Positions 9,154-21,044 are shown, numbered from the stretch's first letter. The stretch: 64,000 nucleotides of DNA from Vicinamibacteria bacterium (GCA_963668695.2 CAXXLQ010000004.1:1056001-1120000); one strand, 5' to 3'. The notes: generated by a model not told the origin, from the letters alone. A program made the numbers and translations.

Positions 9154-10167
9154 TCAGACGCCCCGTGATTTTGTTCGCGGGCCTTTGAGCCAGTTCACCG
9201 TCTCCAGCAGGGTGACCCGTCCGTCGCGCGCCTCGTGACCCAAGTCCCGGGCCGCCTTTTCTGAAGTGAAGTACCAATAGCAGGCGGCCATTTCCCGGCT
9301 GATACGGTCTACCGCGGGTTCCCGGCCGATCTGGCGGGCGAGTTCCTCGGTCAACAGGCCTCCCACCGTATAGAGGTTGCGCGAGAGCCGAAGGCGGGGC
9401 GCCGGGGTGCCCGAGACCTCACCGAGTCGGGCAAAGAACTCTCGAAAGCTCCAGTTGTGGCCCCCGAGCAGGTAGCGGTGGCCGCTTCTACCCTTGACCA
9501 TGGCCGAGCGGACCCCGGCGGCGGCGTCCCGGACATCCACAAAGTTCAGCCCACCGGGAGGGATCACCCTCACCTGACCCGAGAGAAAGCGCAGTACGTC
9601 ACCGGTCGAGGACAGCCTTTCGTCTCCGGGGCCGAGGAGCAGGGACGGATTCACGATCACCACCCCGGTGTCGCCGGCGGACCCCAGGAGCGTCCGTTCC
9701 TGCAGCCATTTGCTCCGGTAGTAAGGCCACCCTCCGATCAGCCCGATGGGGACGGGCGCGGTCTCGTCACACTCGGGTTCGGGGTTTCGGGAGACGGCGA
9801 TCGTCCCGCTTGTCGAAACCAGCACGATCCGCTCCACTCCGGCTTGCCGGGCGGCCTCGGCCAGTTTGCGCGTCCCTTCCACATGGACCCGCTGCAGGCC
9901 GGCCGCCGCCTCGGGGTCTCGGGAGACTCGTCCGGCCAGGTGGAAGACCCGGTCAATCCCATCGAGGGCCTCACGCAGTCCGGCTCCCGACGCAACATCG
10001 CCCAGCACCACTTCGATGCCGCGATCCGTGAGGTCGGGCGCCGGCTGCCGCGACAACACCCGGACCGGCGCGCCGTCCTCAAGCAACAGCGGCAGCAGGT
10101 GCCTTCCCAGAAAACCCGTCGCTCCCGTAACCAGCACCGCAGGCGATCGCGAACTCTCTCCTGGCAT
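9154..10167 (-). CDS. NAD-dependent epimerase/dehydratase (ElbE-like)
   Basis: TGATGFLG and YYRSK motifs; last gene of the elb-like cluster. Confidence 0.85.
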   Translation of the reverse strand: MPGESSRSPAVLVTGATGFLGRHLLPLLLEDGAPVRVLSRQPAPDLTDRGIEVVLGDVASGAGLREALDGIDRVFHLAGRVSRDPEAAAGLQRVHVEGTRKLAEAARQAGVERIVLVSTSGTIAVSRNPEPECDETAPVPIGLIGGWPYYRSKWLQERTLLGSAGDTGVVIVNPSLLLGPGDERLSSTGDVLRFLSGQVRVIPPGGLNFVDVRDAAAGVRSAMVKGRSGHRYLLGGHNWSFREFFARLGEVSGTPAPRLRLSRNLYTVGGLLTEELARQIGREPAVDRISREMAACYWYFTSEKAARDLGHEARDGRVTLLETVNWLKGPRTKSRGV

Positions 10168-10190
10168 CGGGCGCTCGTTCCTGTTCTTAG

Positions 10191-10369
10191 CAGCCTGTGG
10201 ATGAAGTGACGTGAGCGCCGAGACCGGTGAGACGCCCGGCTGACAAGGCGCGTGAGGGAGGAATACCAGGCGTATTCCGACCGAAACGCAACGATGAGCG
10301 ACGCGGCGCGGCGCGGTTCAGCCGCGATGGATCGCCGGTCGAACGCCGCGTGACTTTGTTCACAGGCTG
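10191..10369 (+). mobile_element. MITE-like repeat copy (simple form, 179 bp)
   Basis: TTAG|cagcctgtggatgaagt...actttgttcacaggctg|CTAC. Confidence 0.85.
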
Positions 10370-10376
10370 CTACAAC

Positions 10377-13300
10377 TCAGCCGACCGGGGTGGGCTCCGC
10401 TCTCGGCCGGGACCTCGTAGAAGGTTCCGGGGCCTTCCCCGGGCGGCCGGCCTCATCAAGGATGCGGGCGGCCTGTTCCTCGAGATGAATGGGTTCCTGC
10501 CGACCCAACCGTTCCACGATCTCCTGAACAAGTACGGTCACCCGCCGCTCCGCGACCGCGCTCCCGACCCCACCCTCAGTGAAGCGGAGCAGAAAGTCGG
10601 GGGAAAGGAAAGGACCGATCCGGGCCGCTACCGAGCGCGAGCGGAGGCCGACCGCGCCCGGTGGGAATGCGCTCCACGTGTCGAGGTGCATCGGGAGGAC
10701 TCCCACCCGGCTGCGGAAAGCGAGATGGGCGAAGCCACGCCGGAATTCCTGGATGCGGCCGCTCCGCGAACGGGTCCCCTCGGGAAAGACGAGCACGCTG
10801 TAGCCCTGGTTCAGATACCCCGCGGCACGGTCCAGTGATTCGCGGAGCGAACCCCGACGCTCCATCGGCACCACATTGGTGAAGTTGCGGAAGAAAGTGC
10901 GCTTCACGCGATTGTCGAAGAAATAATCCGCCGCCGCCAGCGCCACCAGGTTCGCTCCGGCGTCTCCGAGCGCCATCTTCACGAGTCCCATGTCGAGATG
11001 GGAGCCGTGATTCGCCACCACCAGATAGTTCGTGTGGTTCGGGACATACGCCCGTCCCGTGAAGGTCGGGTCCAGAACCTGGTGGTAGAACCATCGCTGG
11101 ACCTCGACGAGGGCGGCCCGGCCGGCTTTGGCGACTGCCGGCGGGATGTTGATCTCGTCCTTCTCTGCCTTTCCTGCCGGCTCGGTACGGCGTGGGCGGC
11201 GCCCCTTGCTGCCGGACCCGGAGGAGCGGACGGCGGCGACCAGTTCCCCGATCGTGCTCATGTTGGCGAGCGCCTCGGGAGCCACCGTTTCCCCGAATTC
11301 GCTCTCCAGCGCGGCCGCGAGTTCGTTGTACATGAGGCTGTCGAACCCGATTTCAGCAAGGGATCCGGAAAGCCTGATCTCCGAAACCGGCCGTTCGGAG
11401 ATGGAGGCGATTACCTCGAGGATCCTGTTGCCCGCCTGAGCATCCTCGCCAGCTTCGGCGGCCGCTTCGCGGCGCCGGTCGCGCAGCCAGCGCACCAGTT
11501 CGGCCCGCTTCACCTTGCGGGTAGCGGTGCGCGGCAGGGCCTCTTCCCGGAATTCGAGGGTCTTCACGCGCTTGTGAAGGGCAAGCCGGGACGAGATGGA
11601 CCGGAAGTGGGTCTCGACCCGCTGTCTCCCTTCCGGTGTTTTTTCCTTGGGAACGACGATCGCAGCCACCTGTTCGGCCATCCCGTCGGGCAGTCCAACC
11701 ACCGCAAGTTCGCCGATCAACTCCGGCGCCGCGTAGATCTCCTCCACCTCGTCCGGGTAGATGTTCTTGCCGCCGCTGTCCACGATCACGTCCTTGCGAC
11801 GGCCGACCAGGAAGAGGTGTCCTTCCTTGTCGATTCGTCCCAGGTCACCCGTGTAGAGCCAGCCGTCCCGAAGCGCCTCCGCGGTCGCTTCTTCGTTCCC
11901 GTAGTACCCCGCCATGACGGTCGGGCCCTTGGCGGCGACTTCGCCGACCCCGGAGGCGTCGGGATCCACGATGCGAATTTCGATGCCGGGAAGCGCCTTG
12001 CCCAGGCTGCCGACCGGAACGGCACCCTCGGGCGGAGTCACTGTCAATACGGGCGCGGCCTCGGTGAGGCCGTATCCCTGGCCGATATGGAAGCCGAGGC
12101 CCCGGAAAGTCTTCCAGGTGGCCTCGGAAAGGGCCGCGGCGCCACTGATGAGATAGCGGATCCTGCCGCCCAGCGCCATGTGTACGGGAAGGAAGACCGC
12201 GGGACCGATGTTCACCCCCGTGTCTTCCCGGAGCAGATGCGCCGCGTCGATCAGAGCGGTGGCGAGATCCTCCGCACGTTGGGATCGCTCAGCGAAAGGA
12301 GCCAGAATGCGTCGCCGCAGAAGGTCCCAGAGGGCCGGAACTCCCACGATGCAGGTGGTATGCCCTTTCTGGAGTTCGCTATTGATCGCTTCGGGCCCGA
12401 TCTCCTCCAGATAGGCGATCTGCGCGCCTCGCGACAGCGGGAGCAGGAAGCCGGTGGTGAACTCGAACGAGTGGTGAAGCGGCAGGATGCTGAGCGCACC
12501 GTCCTTTTCGTTGATGTCGTAAATCGACAGCAGCTTCGCCACCAGCGCCGTGAAATTCCGGTGGGTCAGCATCACCCCCTTGGGCGTCCCGGTCGTTCCG
12601 GAGGTGAAGAGGATGGAAGCGAGCGCACCCGGGCTGGACCTGACGGGTGCTGAGGGATCCGCCTCCTCCGCTGGTTCCTCACCAAGGGCAAAGACCTCCC
12701 GAAATGGGTGTGCCGCAACCGGTGGCACCGCGCCGTTTTGACTGGAGAGCCCCGAATGCCGCTCGTATAGCGAATCACTCATCAAGATCGCTTTGGCGTC
12801 TCCCAGACGGAGCAGCCGGGCGATTTCCTCGCGACGCAAATCGCGCTCGAGAGGAATCGCGGTCGCTCCGATTCGCTGGATCGCGAAGTACGCCATTCCC
12901 CACTCGGGGGAGTTTTCTCCGATCAGTCCGACGTGATCGCCCGCGGTCAGCCCCTGCCCGGCCAGGAATGCGGCGGCTCTGACGACGCATTCCCGGAGGT
13001 CGGCATACGTGTACCGCTCCTCTCGACCGTTCCGGGTGATCCGCATCGCGACCCGTCCGGCGTGGTTTTTGGTACAGGCTTCGAAGAGCTCGTTGAGGGT
13101 TCGGTAGGTATAGACCCGGCGCTGCGCCCGCCGTTGGCCGCGCTCCTGATCCTCGAGGGCCGGGAAAACCCAGCGCTCGAGCCCGGGCAGGTGTACGTGG
13201 AGCCAGTAGTCGTACCAGTCGATTTCTTCGGGATTGAAGAAGAGCTTTCCGTCGTTCCCATCGAGTCGGGAAAAAAGATCCCGCGTGTGGTCGGCGCGGA

Positions 13301-14792
13301 AAATGAACTTTTCGCCAGCGATGAACGGCCGGAAGGTGTGGTACTGGCGTTCGCCCTGGACGACAAAGTCCTCGAACGAATCCACGTTCCGCTGCAATGC
13401 CTCGACGACTCCAACCAGGGGGCCAAGGGGCCCGTCGCCAACCCGCTCCAAGGCATCCGAGAGCGCGGAAGCGGACCGGCGCATCCACTGGAGGGTGTGT
13501 TTTTCGAAACGATCGGCGCGAACCGCCTGCGCCTCCATCCGGGCGAGCGCCTCGTTCCAAAGCTTCACCCCGGTCGGTTTATCGCGGAAGTGGCGACGCT
13601 TGTAGATCCCCACGAGGTCGACGAGTCGTTCCACCCGCGCCGGATTGCGGTCGCCGCTCGCCACCTGGTACACGAGGTGGGGCTCCGACACCATGGTTTC
13701 GGCAGCTACGGCAAGGGTGGCCGACGCAACCAGGTCCACCGGCACGATATCCAGGACCACCCCCGAGCCCACCGGAAACAGATTCTGTCCGCGAAGGGCC
13801 ATCCGGACGAGCGGAGCGCTCGTGGTAAAGCCCTCGTTCCACCCGGTGTGGGGGAATGAGATGGCGCTTTCCACTACTGCGGGACGGACGATCGCCCGCG
13901 CAACCCCCTCCGCACCGGCGACGAGCTGGTCTCCCAAGCTCTTTGTATAGGTGTAGATGTTCGGCCAGCCCCAGCCTTGCGCTTTCTCGATGCCGAGATC
14001 CCGGAGCCGCATCCGGATCCATTCCTTCCGCTCCCGGGCAATGGCGAGCGACAGCGAACGCAAATCGTCCGGATCACGACCTTCCTCGGCAAACCGCCTT
14101 CGCGCGGCTTCCTGAAAAGCATCCACCCGCGACTTGTCCTCCGCCTCGTCGCGCACCCGCGCCGCGAGCCTCTCGCAGTCGTCGATCTCCTTCTCCACCG
14201 AGAATTCCTGATCTTCGCGATCTCGCCGCGGGAAGTAGCCGATCAGCGGTTCGTCTTCCCGGATCTCGCCGGATCGCATGCCCGCGACAAAGCACGTGCT
14301 GATGTGCACGAGCGCCGGCCGTTTCATCCTCCGGGCAAAGGCGATGGTGTTCCTGGTGCCGTGGACGTTCGTCTGAAGGGCGGCATCCAGGGACGGGTTG
14401 AAAGTCACGCGGCCGGAGCAGTTAAGGACAAGGTCGATGTCAGCAGCCACCTCGGCGGCCCGCGCTTCCGAATAGCCGAGGTTGTCGCTCGTAATGTCGC
14501 CGCCGAGGACGACGACCTTTTCGTCGAGGAAATCGCGGAGGCCGGTCCCGTGACGCTCGCGAAGCGGCGAAAGGGCCGGGGAGTTTTCCATGATGTCCTC
14601 GAAACGCACCCGACTTTCCCGCTCGCCGACCGCCCGCACCATGAGGTACACCCGGCGGATCTCGGGGAAGAACTCGAGCAGCATCCCGAGGCACACCTTG
14701 CCCAGGAACCCCGTTCCGCCGAGCAGGAAGATGCTTCGTCCGGCGAAGGCTTCGCCCACATGGATTCGGGGCCGGGGGTTCAGGTCGGTCAC
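10377..14792 (-). CDS. elbD: Multidomain fatty acyl reductase / acyl-CoA synthetase / ACP / acyltransferase (ElbD-like)
   Basis: GGTGFLGK and YTYTK (reductase), FTSGTTGTPKG (AMP-binding), GFDSL (phosphopantetheine site), NHGSHLD and FPEGTRS (PlsC). Confidence 0.85.
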   Translation of the reverse strand: MTDLNPRPRIHVGEAFAGRSIFLLGGTGFLGKVCLGMLLEFFPEIRRVYLMVRAVGERESRVRFEDIMENSPALSPLRERHGTGLRDFLDEKVVVLGGDITSDNLGYSEARAAEVAADIDLVLNCSGRVTFNPSLDAALQTNVHGTRNTIAFARRMKRPALVHISTCFVAGMRSGEIREDEPLIGYFPRRDREDQEFSVEKEIDDCERLAARVRDEAEDKSRVDAFQEAARRRFAEEGRDPDDLRSLSLAIARERKEWIRMRLRDLGIEKAQGWGWPNIYTYTKSLGDQLVAGAEGVARAIVRPAVVESAISFPHTGWNEGFTTSAPLVRMALRGQNLFPVGSGVVLDIVPVDLVASATLAVAAETMVSEPHLVYQVASGDRNPARVERLVDLVGIYKRRHFRDKPTGVKLWNEALARMEAQAVRADRFEKHTLQWMRRSASALSDALERVGDGPLGPLVGVVEALQRNVDSFEDFVVQGERQYHTFRPFIAGEKFIFRADHTRDLFSRLDGNDGKLFFNPEEIDWYDYWLHVHLPGLERWVFPALEDQERGQRRAQRRVYTYRTLNELFEACTKNHAGRVAMRITRNGREERYTYADLRECVVRAAAFLAGQGLTAGDHVGLIGENSPEWGMAYFAIQRIGATAIPLERDLRREEIARLLRLGDAKAILMSDSLYERHSGLSSQNGAVPPVAAHPFREVFALGEEPAEEADPSAPVRSSPGALASILFTSGTTGTPKGVMLTHRNFTALVAKLLSIYDINEKDGALSILPLHHSFEFTTGFLLPLSRGAQIAYLEEIGPEAINSELQKGHTTCIVGVPALWDLLRRRILAPFAERSQRAEDLATALIDAAHLLREDTGVNIGPAVFLPVHMALGGRIRYLISGAAALSEATWKTFRGLGFHIGQGYGLTEAAPVLTVTPPEGAVPVGSLGKALPGIEIRIVDPDASGVGEVAAKGPTVMAGYYGNEEATAEALRDGWLYTGDLGRIDKEGHLFLVGRRKDVIVDSGGKNIYPDEVEEIYAAPELIGELAVVGLPDGMAEQVAAIVVPKEKTPEGRQRVETHFRSISSRLALHKRVKTLEFREEALPRTATRKVKRAELVRWLRDRRREAAAEAGEDAQAGNRILEVIASISERPVSEIRLSGSLAEIGFDSLMYNELAAALESEFGETVAPEALANMSTIGELVAAVRSSGSGSKGRRPRRTEPAGKAEKDEINIPPAVAKAGRAALVEVQRWFYHQVLDPTFTGRAYVPNHTNYLVVANHGSHLDMGLVKMALGDAGANLVALAAADYFFDNRVKRTFFRNFTNVVPMERRGSLRESLDRAAGYLNQGYSVLVFPEGTRSRSGRIQEFRRGFAHLAFRSRVGVLPMHLDTWSAFPPGAVGLRSRSVAARIGPFLSPDFLLRFTEGGVGSAVAERRVTVLVQEIVERLGRQEPIHLEEQAARILDEAGRPGKAPEPSTRSRPRAEPTPVG

Positions 14793-14806
14793 TCTGGCTG
14801 CAGACC

Positions 14807-16405
14807 TCAGGACACCTCGGGGATCATGATCGGCGGAACGTGGAGCATGGTGATTTCAGCGGACCGGCCGTGCGTGCTCCGCGCCATGGCGATGGCTTCG
14901 GTCACCGTTTCCGCCGATTCCCAGCCGAGGATTTCGGGGACGTGCTGGTTCTTCGCCCCCGCCACGATGATCCGCCCGACGTGCTGGCGTCCGTTTTCGC
15001 CCCAGTACCACATGAAGAACGGATGAGCTCCGTGGTACGCGTTCCCGTCCCGGTACATCTGCACATAGGACGGGTTATGGGCGAATTCCTCCTCGTACTT
15101 GGTCCGCAGCACGAACGGATCCCGCGTCTCCGGGAGCAACCGGTGGAAGAACTCGATGTAGCTGGGGTGAAAGAGCGGATCGAAGTCGTCGTAGCAAGGG
15201 TGGGCGAGGATCAGCGTGCCGCCCTTCTTGATCAGGGGTTTGCCTCGGTAGAGGTTGAACAGGTAGCCCGGCCCCATGACCTGCACGAGCAGCGGGTTCA
15301 GGATCGAGTTCACGTTGTAGGGCGAGATGTAGGGAATCCCGGAGAGCAGAATGTCGCACTGTCCCTTCACCGGGACGGTGTACTGCTGGAACGAACGCTC
15401 GAGCGTGCGCTCGTGGACGGGCTCCGTGCGGCCTGCGTAGCAGCCGATCAGTTCGAAGGCGCCGGGGATGCGGTGGAGAAACTTCCGCTTCGCCGCCGGG
15501 GGTAGCCGGCTCAGCGCCCAGCGGGTCCCCGCGAGCTTCAGCCGGTCGAGATCGCTGAACTCATCCTCGTCCTTCCCCAGGAACGAGAGGGCATCCGCGT
15601 ACATCCGATTGTTGAGCACCGTTTCCACGTGAAACACGTTGAGGTGGCGGTCCACGATCTTCCCCATCCGGTCCACCTTGCGGCTGAGCTCCGACCGGTC
15701 CGGGTCCATGTAGCCGTCGGAATCGCGGATCGTCTGCGGCTCGTGGTGGGGCCTCAGGCTTTCGTAGTCGCAAAGACCCACCGTCACCGACTTGTGACCC
15801 CCATCCATGGGGACGAGGTTGATGTTCAGATAGATGACGAGATCGCTCTCCGTAACCCGGCGATTGATCCGCACCGGCTCCCCGTGACGGGTCTTTCCCA
15901 AGGGAACCATCCCGTTCGGATCCTCGGCATCGTGGTTGTAGTAGCGACTCGGGTAGAACGCCTTGTGGATGTCCGGACCCACCATCCGGCGCATCTCCGA
16001 CTCGGTCATCTTCCGATGCAGCGAGTTCGCGATGATCAGGTGAACATCGTCCACGCCGTGGTCGCCGAGCATCTCCAGCACGATCTCGAGAGCGGTCTGG
16101 CGCACGTCGGGAGTCGCCATCGGCGGCAGGGGAAGGCTGATGTCGTCCAGAGCGATGGTGACCCGCATTCCGGGACGAAGTTGCGCGTGGAGCGGATCGC
16201 AGCCCAACGGGTGGTTGAGGGCGTGCCGGATCGCGCCGCGCGGATTCGGCAAGCCCCGGATCGGCGGCGGCGGATAAATGACCCGGGTTCCCACCGGGAG
16301 GTGCTCCTCGAGAAAGTCCTCCCCGTAGTGCAGGACGCGGGCAGCCGAATCGTTATCGATGAAAACGATGCCGGGATCGGTCTTATGGCGCAGGGCGGGG
16401 GTCAT
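14807..16405 (-). CDS. Lactate racemase N-terminal domain (DUF2088)-like protein, ElbC-like
   Basis: [33 protein letters not shown] resemble the LarA family; position matches elbC. Confidence 0.75.
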   Translation of the reverse strand: MTPALRHKTDPGIVFIDNDSAARVLHYGEDFLEEHLPVGTRVIYPPPPIRGLPNPRGAIRHALNHPLGCDPLHAQLRPGMRVTIALDDISLPLPPMATPDVRQTALEIVLEMLGDHGVDDVHLIIANSLHRKMTESEMRRMVGPDIHKAFYPSRYYNHDAEDPNGMVPLGKTRHGEPVRINRRVTESDLVIYLNINLVPMDGGHKSVTVGLCDYESLRPHHEPQTIRDSDGYMDPDRSELSRKVDRMGKIVDRHLNVFHVETVLNNRMYADALSFLGKDEDEFSDLDRLKLAGTRWALSRLPPAAKRKFLHRIPGAFELIGCYAGRTEPVHERTLERSFQQYTVPVKGQCDILLSGIPYISPYNVNSILNPLLVQVMGPGYLFNLYRGKPLIKKGGTLILAHPCYDDFDPLFHPSYIEFFHRLLPETRDPFVLRTKYEEEFAHNPSYVQMYRDGNAYHGAHPFFMWYWGENGRQHVGRIIVAGAKNQHVPEILGWESAETVTEAIAMARSTHGRSAEITMLHVPPIMIPEVS

Positions 16406-16432
16406 GGGGTTCGCATCCTTCCTAACGGTTAG

Positions 16433-16613
16433 CAGCCTGTGGATGAAGTCGCGTGAGCGCCGAGGTCGGCGAGGCGCACGGCTGACAAGGCGCGCGAGGG
16501 AGGAATACCGAGTGTATTTCGACCGAAGCGCAACGATGAGCGACGCGCAGCGGAGTGTCTCAGCCGGGATGGATCGCCGGCCGAGAACGCCGCGTGACTT
16601 CGTTCACAGGCTG
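16433..16613 (+). mobile_element. MITE-like repeat copy (simple form)
   Basis: TTAG|cagcctgtggatgaagt...acttcgttcacaggctg|CTAA; abuts the HAD gene stop. Confidence 0.85.
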
Positions 16614-17333
16614 CTAAAGCGCTGGGGTGGCGTTCGGCCGGCTCAAATCAATGACCGGCCAATCGTGGTGACGCGCCGTGCTCCTCAATCGGACATCGGG
16701 ATTGGCTGCGGTCGGATGTCCCACCACGCTCAACATGGGCAGGTCGGACATGCTGTCCGCGTAGGCGTAACTATCGTTCAACGAAAGCCCTTCGCGCTCC
16801 GCATACTCGCGGATCCAGAGCGCCTTGCTGGCGCTCGCCATGACCGGCGGAGACAGCCGGCCGGTAGCCCGGCCGTCCGCAAACTCGAGGCGATTCGAGA
16901 CGAACTCGGTAATGCCCAGGTCGTCGAGAAGAGGGCGGACGGACACCTCCAACGCCCCCGTAACGACGACCTGACGGAGACCGCTGCGACGCGACTGCTC
17001 GATGAGCGCCCGGGTTCCCGGATAGATCCCGGGACGGATCACCTGTCGGTACAGATCGCCGGAAAGGGAGCGCAACCGGTCGTAGGACTGGCCGCGGTAC
17101 CACTTGAAGAAGAGATCGTTGAAGAGTTTGCGGCTGTAGAAGTCGGTCGCCAGGAACAGGGGAATGCCGACCAGCGTCGACATGGCCGATTTGAGACTGC
17201 GAAGAAGTCCCTGGTCGTTACGGGCGTAGTACCCGAGAACATGGACGAGGTTCGTGCGAATCAGGGTGCCGTCCAGATCGTAGAACGCGGCCGCCTCCGC
17301 GGGCGGACGAGTCGCTGGGTCGTCACGTGTCAT
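16614..17333 (-). CDS. HAD-IB family phosphatase (ElbB-like)
   Basis: FYDLDGTL, VTGA, K, YADSMSDLPML motifs. Confidence 0.9.
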   Translation of the reverse strand: MTRDDPATRPPAEAAAFYDLDGTLIRTNLVHVLGYYARNDQGLLRSLKSAMSTLVGIPLFLATDFYSRKLFNDLFFKWYRGQSYDRLRSLSGDLYRQVIRPGIYPGTRALIEQSRRSGLRQVVVTGALEVSVRPLLDDLGITEFVSNRLEFADGRATGRLSPPVMASASKALWIREYAEREGLSLNDSYAYADSMSDLPMLSVVGHPTAANPDVRLRSTARHHDWPVIDLSRPNATPAL

Positions 17334-17475
17334 CGAGTCAGATTATCGCTGCCCGACGGTTCCCGACGGGCGGGCACCGCCACCCCCCACCCGAAAAAGC
17401 GGCCCTTGCAGGCGCTTGGCGGCCCGTGAACAAAGGGTCGTGAGGGCCGAGAGTCGCGTTCTGGCGTACCATCTC

Positions 17476-17656
17476 GGAGCCTGTGGATGAAGTGGCGTGA
17501 ACGCCGAGAGCGGCGAGGCGCCCGGCTGACAAGGCGCGCGAGGGAGGAATACCGGGTGTATATCGACCGAAGCGCAACGATGAGCGACGCGAAGCGGCGC
17601 GGTTCAGCCGGGATGCATCGCCGCTCGAACGCCGCGTGACTTTGTCCACAGGCTCC
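17476..17656 (+). mobile_element. MITE-like repeat copy with variant ends
   Basis: ggagcctgtgga...tccacaggctcc perfect 12-bp inverted repeat; same core. Confidence 0.85.
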
Positions 17657-17709
17657 TGAAGGCCGCCGCCGATCCTCGAAACAGATTCACGCCAGGGAAT
17701 GAGAAGTTT

Positions 17710-18780
17710 GTGATTCAACTGCCTAGCTCTGAACGGACCTCCCACGCCATTCGCCGGGTCGCGATCAGTGCGGTCGGGGCCTATCTTCCGGATCGCGTGC
17801 TATCGAACGACGATCTGGAAAAGATGGTGGACACATCAGACCAGTGGATCCGGGACCGGACGGGCATCAGCGAGCGCCGGATCGTCGAAAAGGGGACCGG
17901 GTGCTCCTTCCTCGCCGCCCGAGCTGCTGAAGACGCGCTTCGCCGGCGCGGAATGTCGGCGGAGGACATCGACCTGATCGTCGTCGCAACGGTCACTCCC
18001 GACATGAACTTTCCGGCAACCGCGTGCCTGGTTCAGGACCAGATCGGAGCCCGACGCGCCTGGGGTTTCGATCTCTCGGCCGCCTGCAGTGGCTTCAACT
18101 TCGCCCTCGCCGCGGGGACCCAATTCGTCGCTAGTGGGGCCGTGGAGCGGGCGCTGGTGATTGGAGCCGACGTCATGAGCTCGATCACCGATTACGAAGA
18201 CCGCTCCACCTGCATCTTGTTCGGAGACGCTGCGGGGGCTGTCCTTCTTGAAGCTGCCAACGACGGCGAGGGCATCCTCGGGTTCAACAATAAGGTGGAC
18301 GGCTCCGGGTGTGACCTGCTCAAGATGCCGGCGGGCGGCAGTGTTCGCCCGTCCACCCACGAAACGGTGGACCGCAGGGAGCACTATCTGAAGCAGGAGG
18401 GGAAAGCCGTCTTCCGCTTCGCCGTGCGCAATTCTGCCGAGGCCGCCGAAGAACTGTTGGCGGAATTGGGACTCTCCCGCGAGGAGATCTCCGTTTTGGT
18501 GTGCCATCAGGCGAATGCCCGGATCATCGACGCGGTCGCGCGGCGGCTTCAGCTTCCTCCGGAGCGGGTAGTCAAGACCATTCACAAGTACGGCAATACG
18601 ACTGCTGCTTCGATTCCCACCGCGCTCCGCGACGCTCTCGACCGGTCGTTGTTGGCCCCAGGAGATCTGATTCTGTTCAGTTCGGTCGGCGCGGGATTGA
18701 CCATCGGCACGGCCGCGATTCGCTGGGGCGGCGAACGACTCGCCGCAACGCCGGCGGAGACGAATTCCACCGGCCCCTGA
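17710..18780 (+). CDS. fabH: Beta-ketoacyl-ACP synthase III
   Basis: AACSGF, FGD, HQAN, GNT catalytic motifs. Confidence 0.93.
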   Translation: MIQLPSSERTSHAIRRVAISAVGAYLPDRVLSNDDLEKMVDTSDQWIRDRTGISERRIVEKGTGCSFLAARAAEDALRRRGMSAEDIDLIVVATVTPDMNFPATACLVQDQIGARRAWGFDLSAACSGFNFALAAGTQFVASGAVERALVIGADVMSSITDYEDRSTCILFGDAAGAVLLEAANDGEGILGFNNKVDGSGCDLLKMPAGGSVRPSTHETVDRREHYLKQEGKAVFRFAVRNSAEAAEELLAELGLSREEISVLVCHQANARIIDAVARRLQLPPERVVKTIHKYGNTTAASIPTALRDALDRSLLAPGDLILFSSVGAGLTIGTAAIRWGGERLAATPAETNSTGP

Positions 18781-18806
18781 GCTCCAACTTCTCTCGGGAC
18801 GATTCG

Positions 18807-20897
18807 GTGGCGGAAGCCGCAACCGTGGCCGGCAACCGGCTCGCACTGGAGACGAGCCCATACCTCCTCCAGCACCGGGAGAACCCCGTCCACTGGCAAC
18901 CGTGGGGGCCGGCCGCCTTCGAAGAAGCCGCCCGGCGCGACTGCCCGGTGCTGCTCTCGGTCGGATACTCCAGTTGCCACTGGTGTCATGTGATGGCGCA
19001 CGAGTCCTTCGAGGACGACGCCACCGCCCAGGTCATGAACGACTCGTTCGTCCCGGTGAAAGTGGATCGGGAAGAGCGGCCCGATGTGGACGAGATCTAC
19101 ATGGCCTTCGTTCAGGCGACCACCGGGGCCGGGGGTTGGCCGCTCACCGTTTTCGTGGCGCCGGACCGCACCCCGTTCTTCGGCGGCACGTATTTTCCGC
19201 CGGAAGATCGCTGGGGGCGCCCCGGCTTTCCGCGCATCCTCGCCGGCATCGCCGCCGTCTGGCAGGACCGGTCCCGGCGGGCCGAGCTCCTTCAGGGCGG
19301 CGTGCGGCTTCTCGATCGCCTCCGCCAGGCGGCAGAGCTACCCGGGCACCTGGCTGCACGCGGGACGCTCATCACGTCGGAACCGGTGAGCCGTGCCGCA
19401 AGGCAGTTTCTCGATTCGTACGACCGGGTGCACGGCGGATTCGGATCGGCGCCGAAGTTTCCCCCCAGCCGGCAACTCACGCTGTTGCTCCGGCATCACC
19501 TGGAACATGGCAGCGCGGCGCCGCTCGATGCGTCCTTGCTCACGCTCCGGCGGATGGCGGACGGTGGTCTCTTCGACCAGCTCCGCGGCGGGTTTCATCG
19601 GTATTCCACCGATGCGGAATGGTTGGCGCCCCACTTCGAGAAAATGCTCTATGACAACGCGCTGCTGGTCCCCGTGTATCTGTTGGCGCACCGAATCACC
19701 GGAGACGCCCCCCTCGCGGAGGACGCGCGAGGCGCCCTCGACTGGATGAAGGGCGAAATGCTGAGCCCGGACGGGGCGTTCTACTCCGCGCTCGACGCTG
19801 ACTCCGAGGGAGAGGAAGGGCGCTACTACACCTGGACAGCTGAAGAAGTGGACACCGTCCTCGGGACGAAGAACCAACTCTTTCGGGCCGCCTACGACGT
19901 TCGGGACGGTGGCAACTGGGAGGGCCGGACGATCTTGCGGCGGGTGGCTTCCGATGCCGCTCTCGGTGAAAAGTTCGCGATGCCCGCGGACAAGATCGCG
20001 CCTGCCTTGGCCGCGGCGAGGAGACGGCTCCTCGCTGTCCGCGCGCAGCGGGTGCGCCCGGCCCTCGACGACAAAGTCCTCCTTTCCTGGAATGCGCTGG
20101 CCGTGACCGCGTTCGCGCGGGCTCATCGGACACTGGGTGACGAGGATGCCCTCCGGGTTGCTCGGACGGCGGGCCGGTTCGTGCTCGAAAACCTCCGGTC
20201 AGCGGGGCGCTATTTCGCGGTCTGGAGCCGGGGACAAACGAAGGTCCCCGCGATGCTCGAGGACCACGCCTTCTGGCTGCAGGCACTCCTCGATCTCTTC
20301 GAAAGCGACCTCGATGAGATCTGGCTCGCAGCAGCCGGCGAGGTGGCGGAGATTCTGGACCGCCACTTCGCGGCTCCCGGGGGCGGCTTTTACACCACCG
20401 CCGACGACCACGAGGCGCTTCCCGTCCGAACCCGCACGGGATACGACGGAGCTCTTCCGTCGGGTAACGCGGTCGCTGCCGACGCACTGCTGCGCCTCGC
20501 AACCCTGACCGGCTCGCCGCACCGGCGCAATACCGCACGCGGAACCATCTCCGCGTTCTTCGCCCAGGCTGTCGAGAGCCCCGTGGGTTTCGCCACGATG
20601 CTGACGGCCGTGATGCGGTACCTGGCCGAGCCGCGGCAGATCGTGGTCGTCGGACCCGGCGATGCGGCGGAGACGCGCGAGGCGCTCCGCCGCCTCTGGC
20701 GCATCCCGTCGGGAGACGCCGTCGTGCTCCTCGCCGACTCCCGGAGCGCGAATTCAAGCGCCCTCCCGGCGGTCCGGGCTGCTCAGGAGGCTGGAAGGAC
20801 CAAGGACCGCGGTTTGTCGTTCCTTCCGTGCCGGGGGGGCGTCTGTTCGTTACCGCTGGCGAACGTCGAGGCTGCCTGCGACTACCTGAGCTCGTGA
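18807..20897 (+). CDS. Thioredoxin-domain protein, YyaL/DUF255 family
   Basis: [43 protein letters not shown]; start estimated. Confidence 0.9.
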   Translation: MAEAATVAGNRLALETSPYLLQHRENPVHWQPWGPAAFEEAARRDCPVLLSVGYSSCHWCHVMAHESFEDDATAQVMNDSFVPVKVDREERPDVDEIYMAFVQATTGAGGWPLTVFVAPDRTPFFGGTYFPPEDRWGRPGFPRILAGIAAVWQDRSRRAELLQGGVRLLDRLRQAAELPGHLAARGTLITSEPVSRAARQFLDSYDRVHGGFGSAPKFPPSRQLTLLLRHHLEHGSAAPLDASLLTLRRMADGGLFDQLRGGFHRYSTDAEWLAPHFEKMLYDNALLVPVYLLAHRITGDAPLAEDARGALDWMKGEMLSPDGAFYSALDADSEGEEGRYYTWTAEEVDTVLGTKNQLFRAAYDVRDGGNWEGRTILRRVASDAALGEKFAMPADKIAPALAAARRRLLAVRAQRVRPALDDKVLLSWNALAVTAFARAHRTLGDEDALRVARTAGRFVLENLRSAGRYFAVWSRGQTKVPAMLEDHAFWLQALLDLFESDLDEIWLAAAGEVAEILDRHFAAPGGGFYTTADDHEALPVRTRTGYDGALPSGNAVAADALLRLATLTGSPHRRNTARGTISAFFAQAVESPVGFATMLTAVMRYLAEPRQIVVVGPGDAAETREALRRLWRIPSGDAVVLLADSRSANSSALPAVRAAQEAGRTKDRGLSFLPCRGGVCSLPLANVEAACDYLSS

Positions 20898-21044
20898 CCG
20901 TCGGGCGGCACCAGCCCGACCCCGGCGAGCTGTCGCCTTGCCTCACATGAGCGAATCGATGGACAGGAGTACGATGTGGAGGCCGACCCCCGCGACCCGG
21001 CATCCGTGGCTGGGGTGTCCCGCCCCTGCCTTCGACCATCTTCC

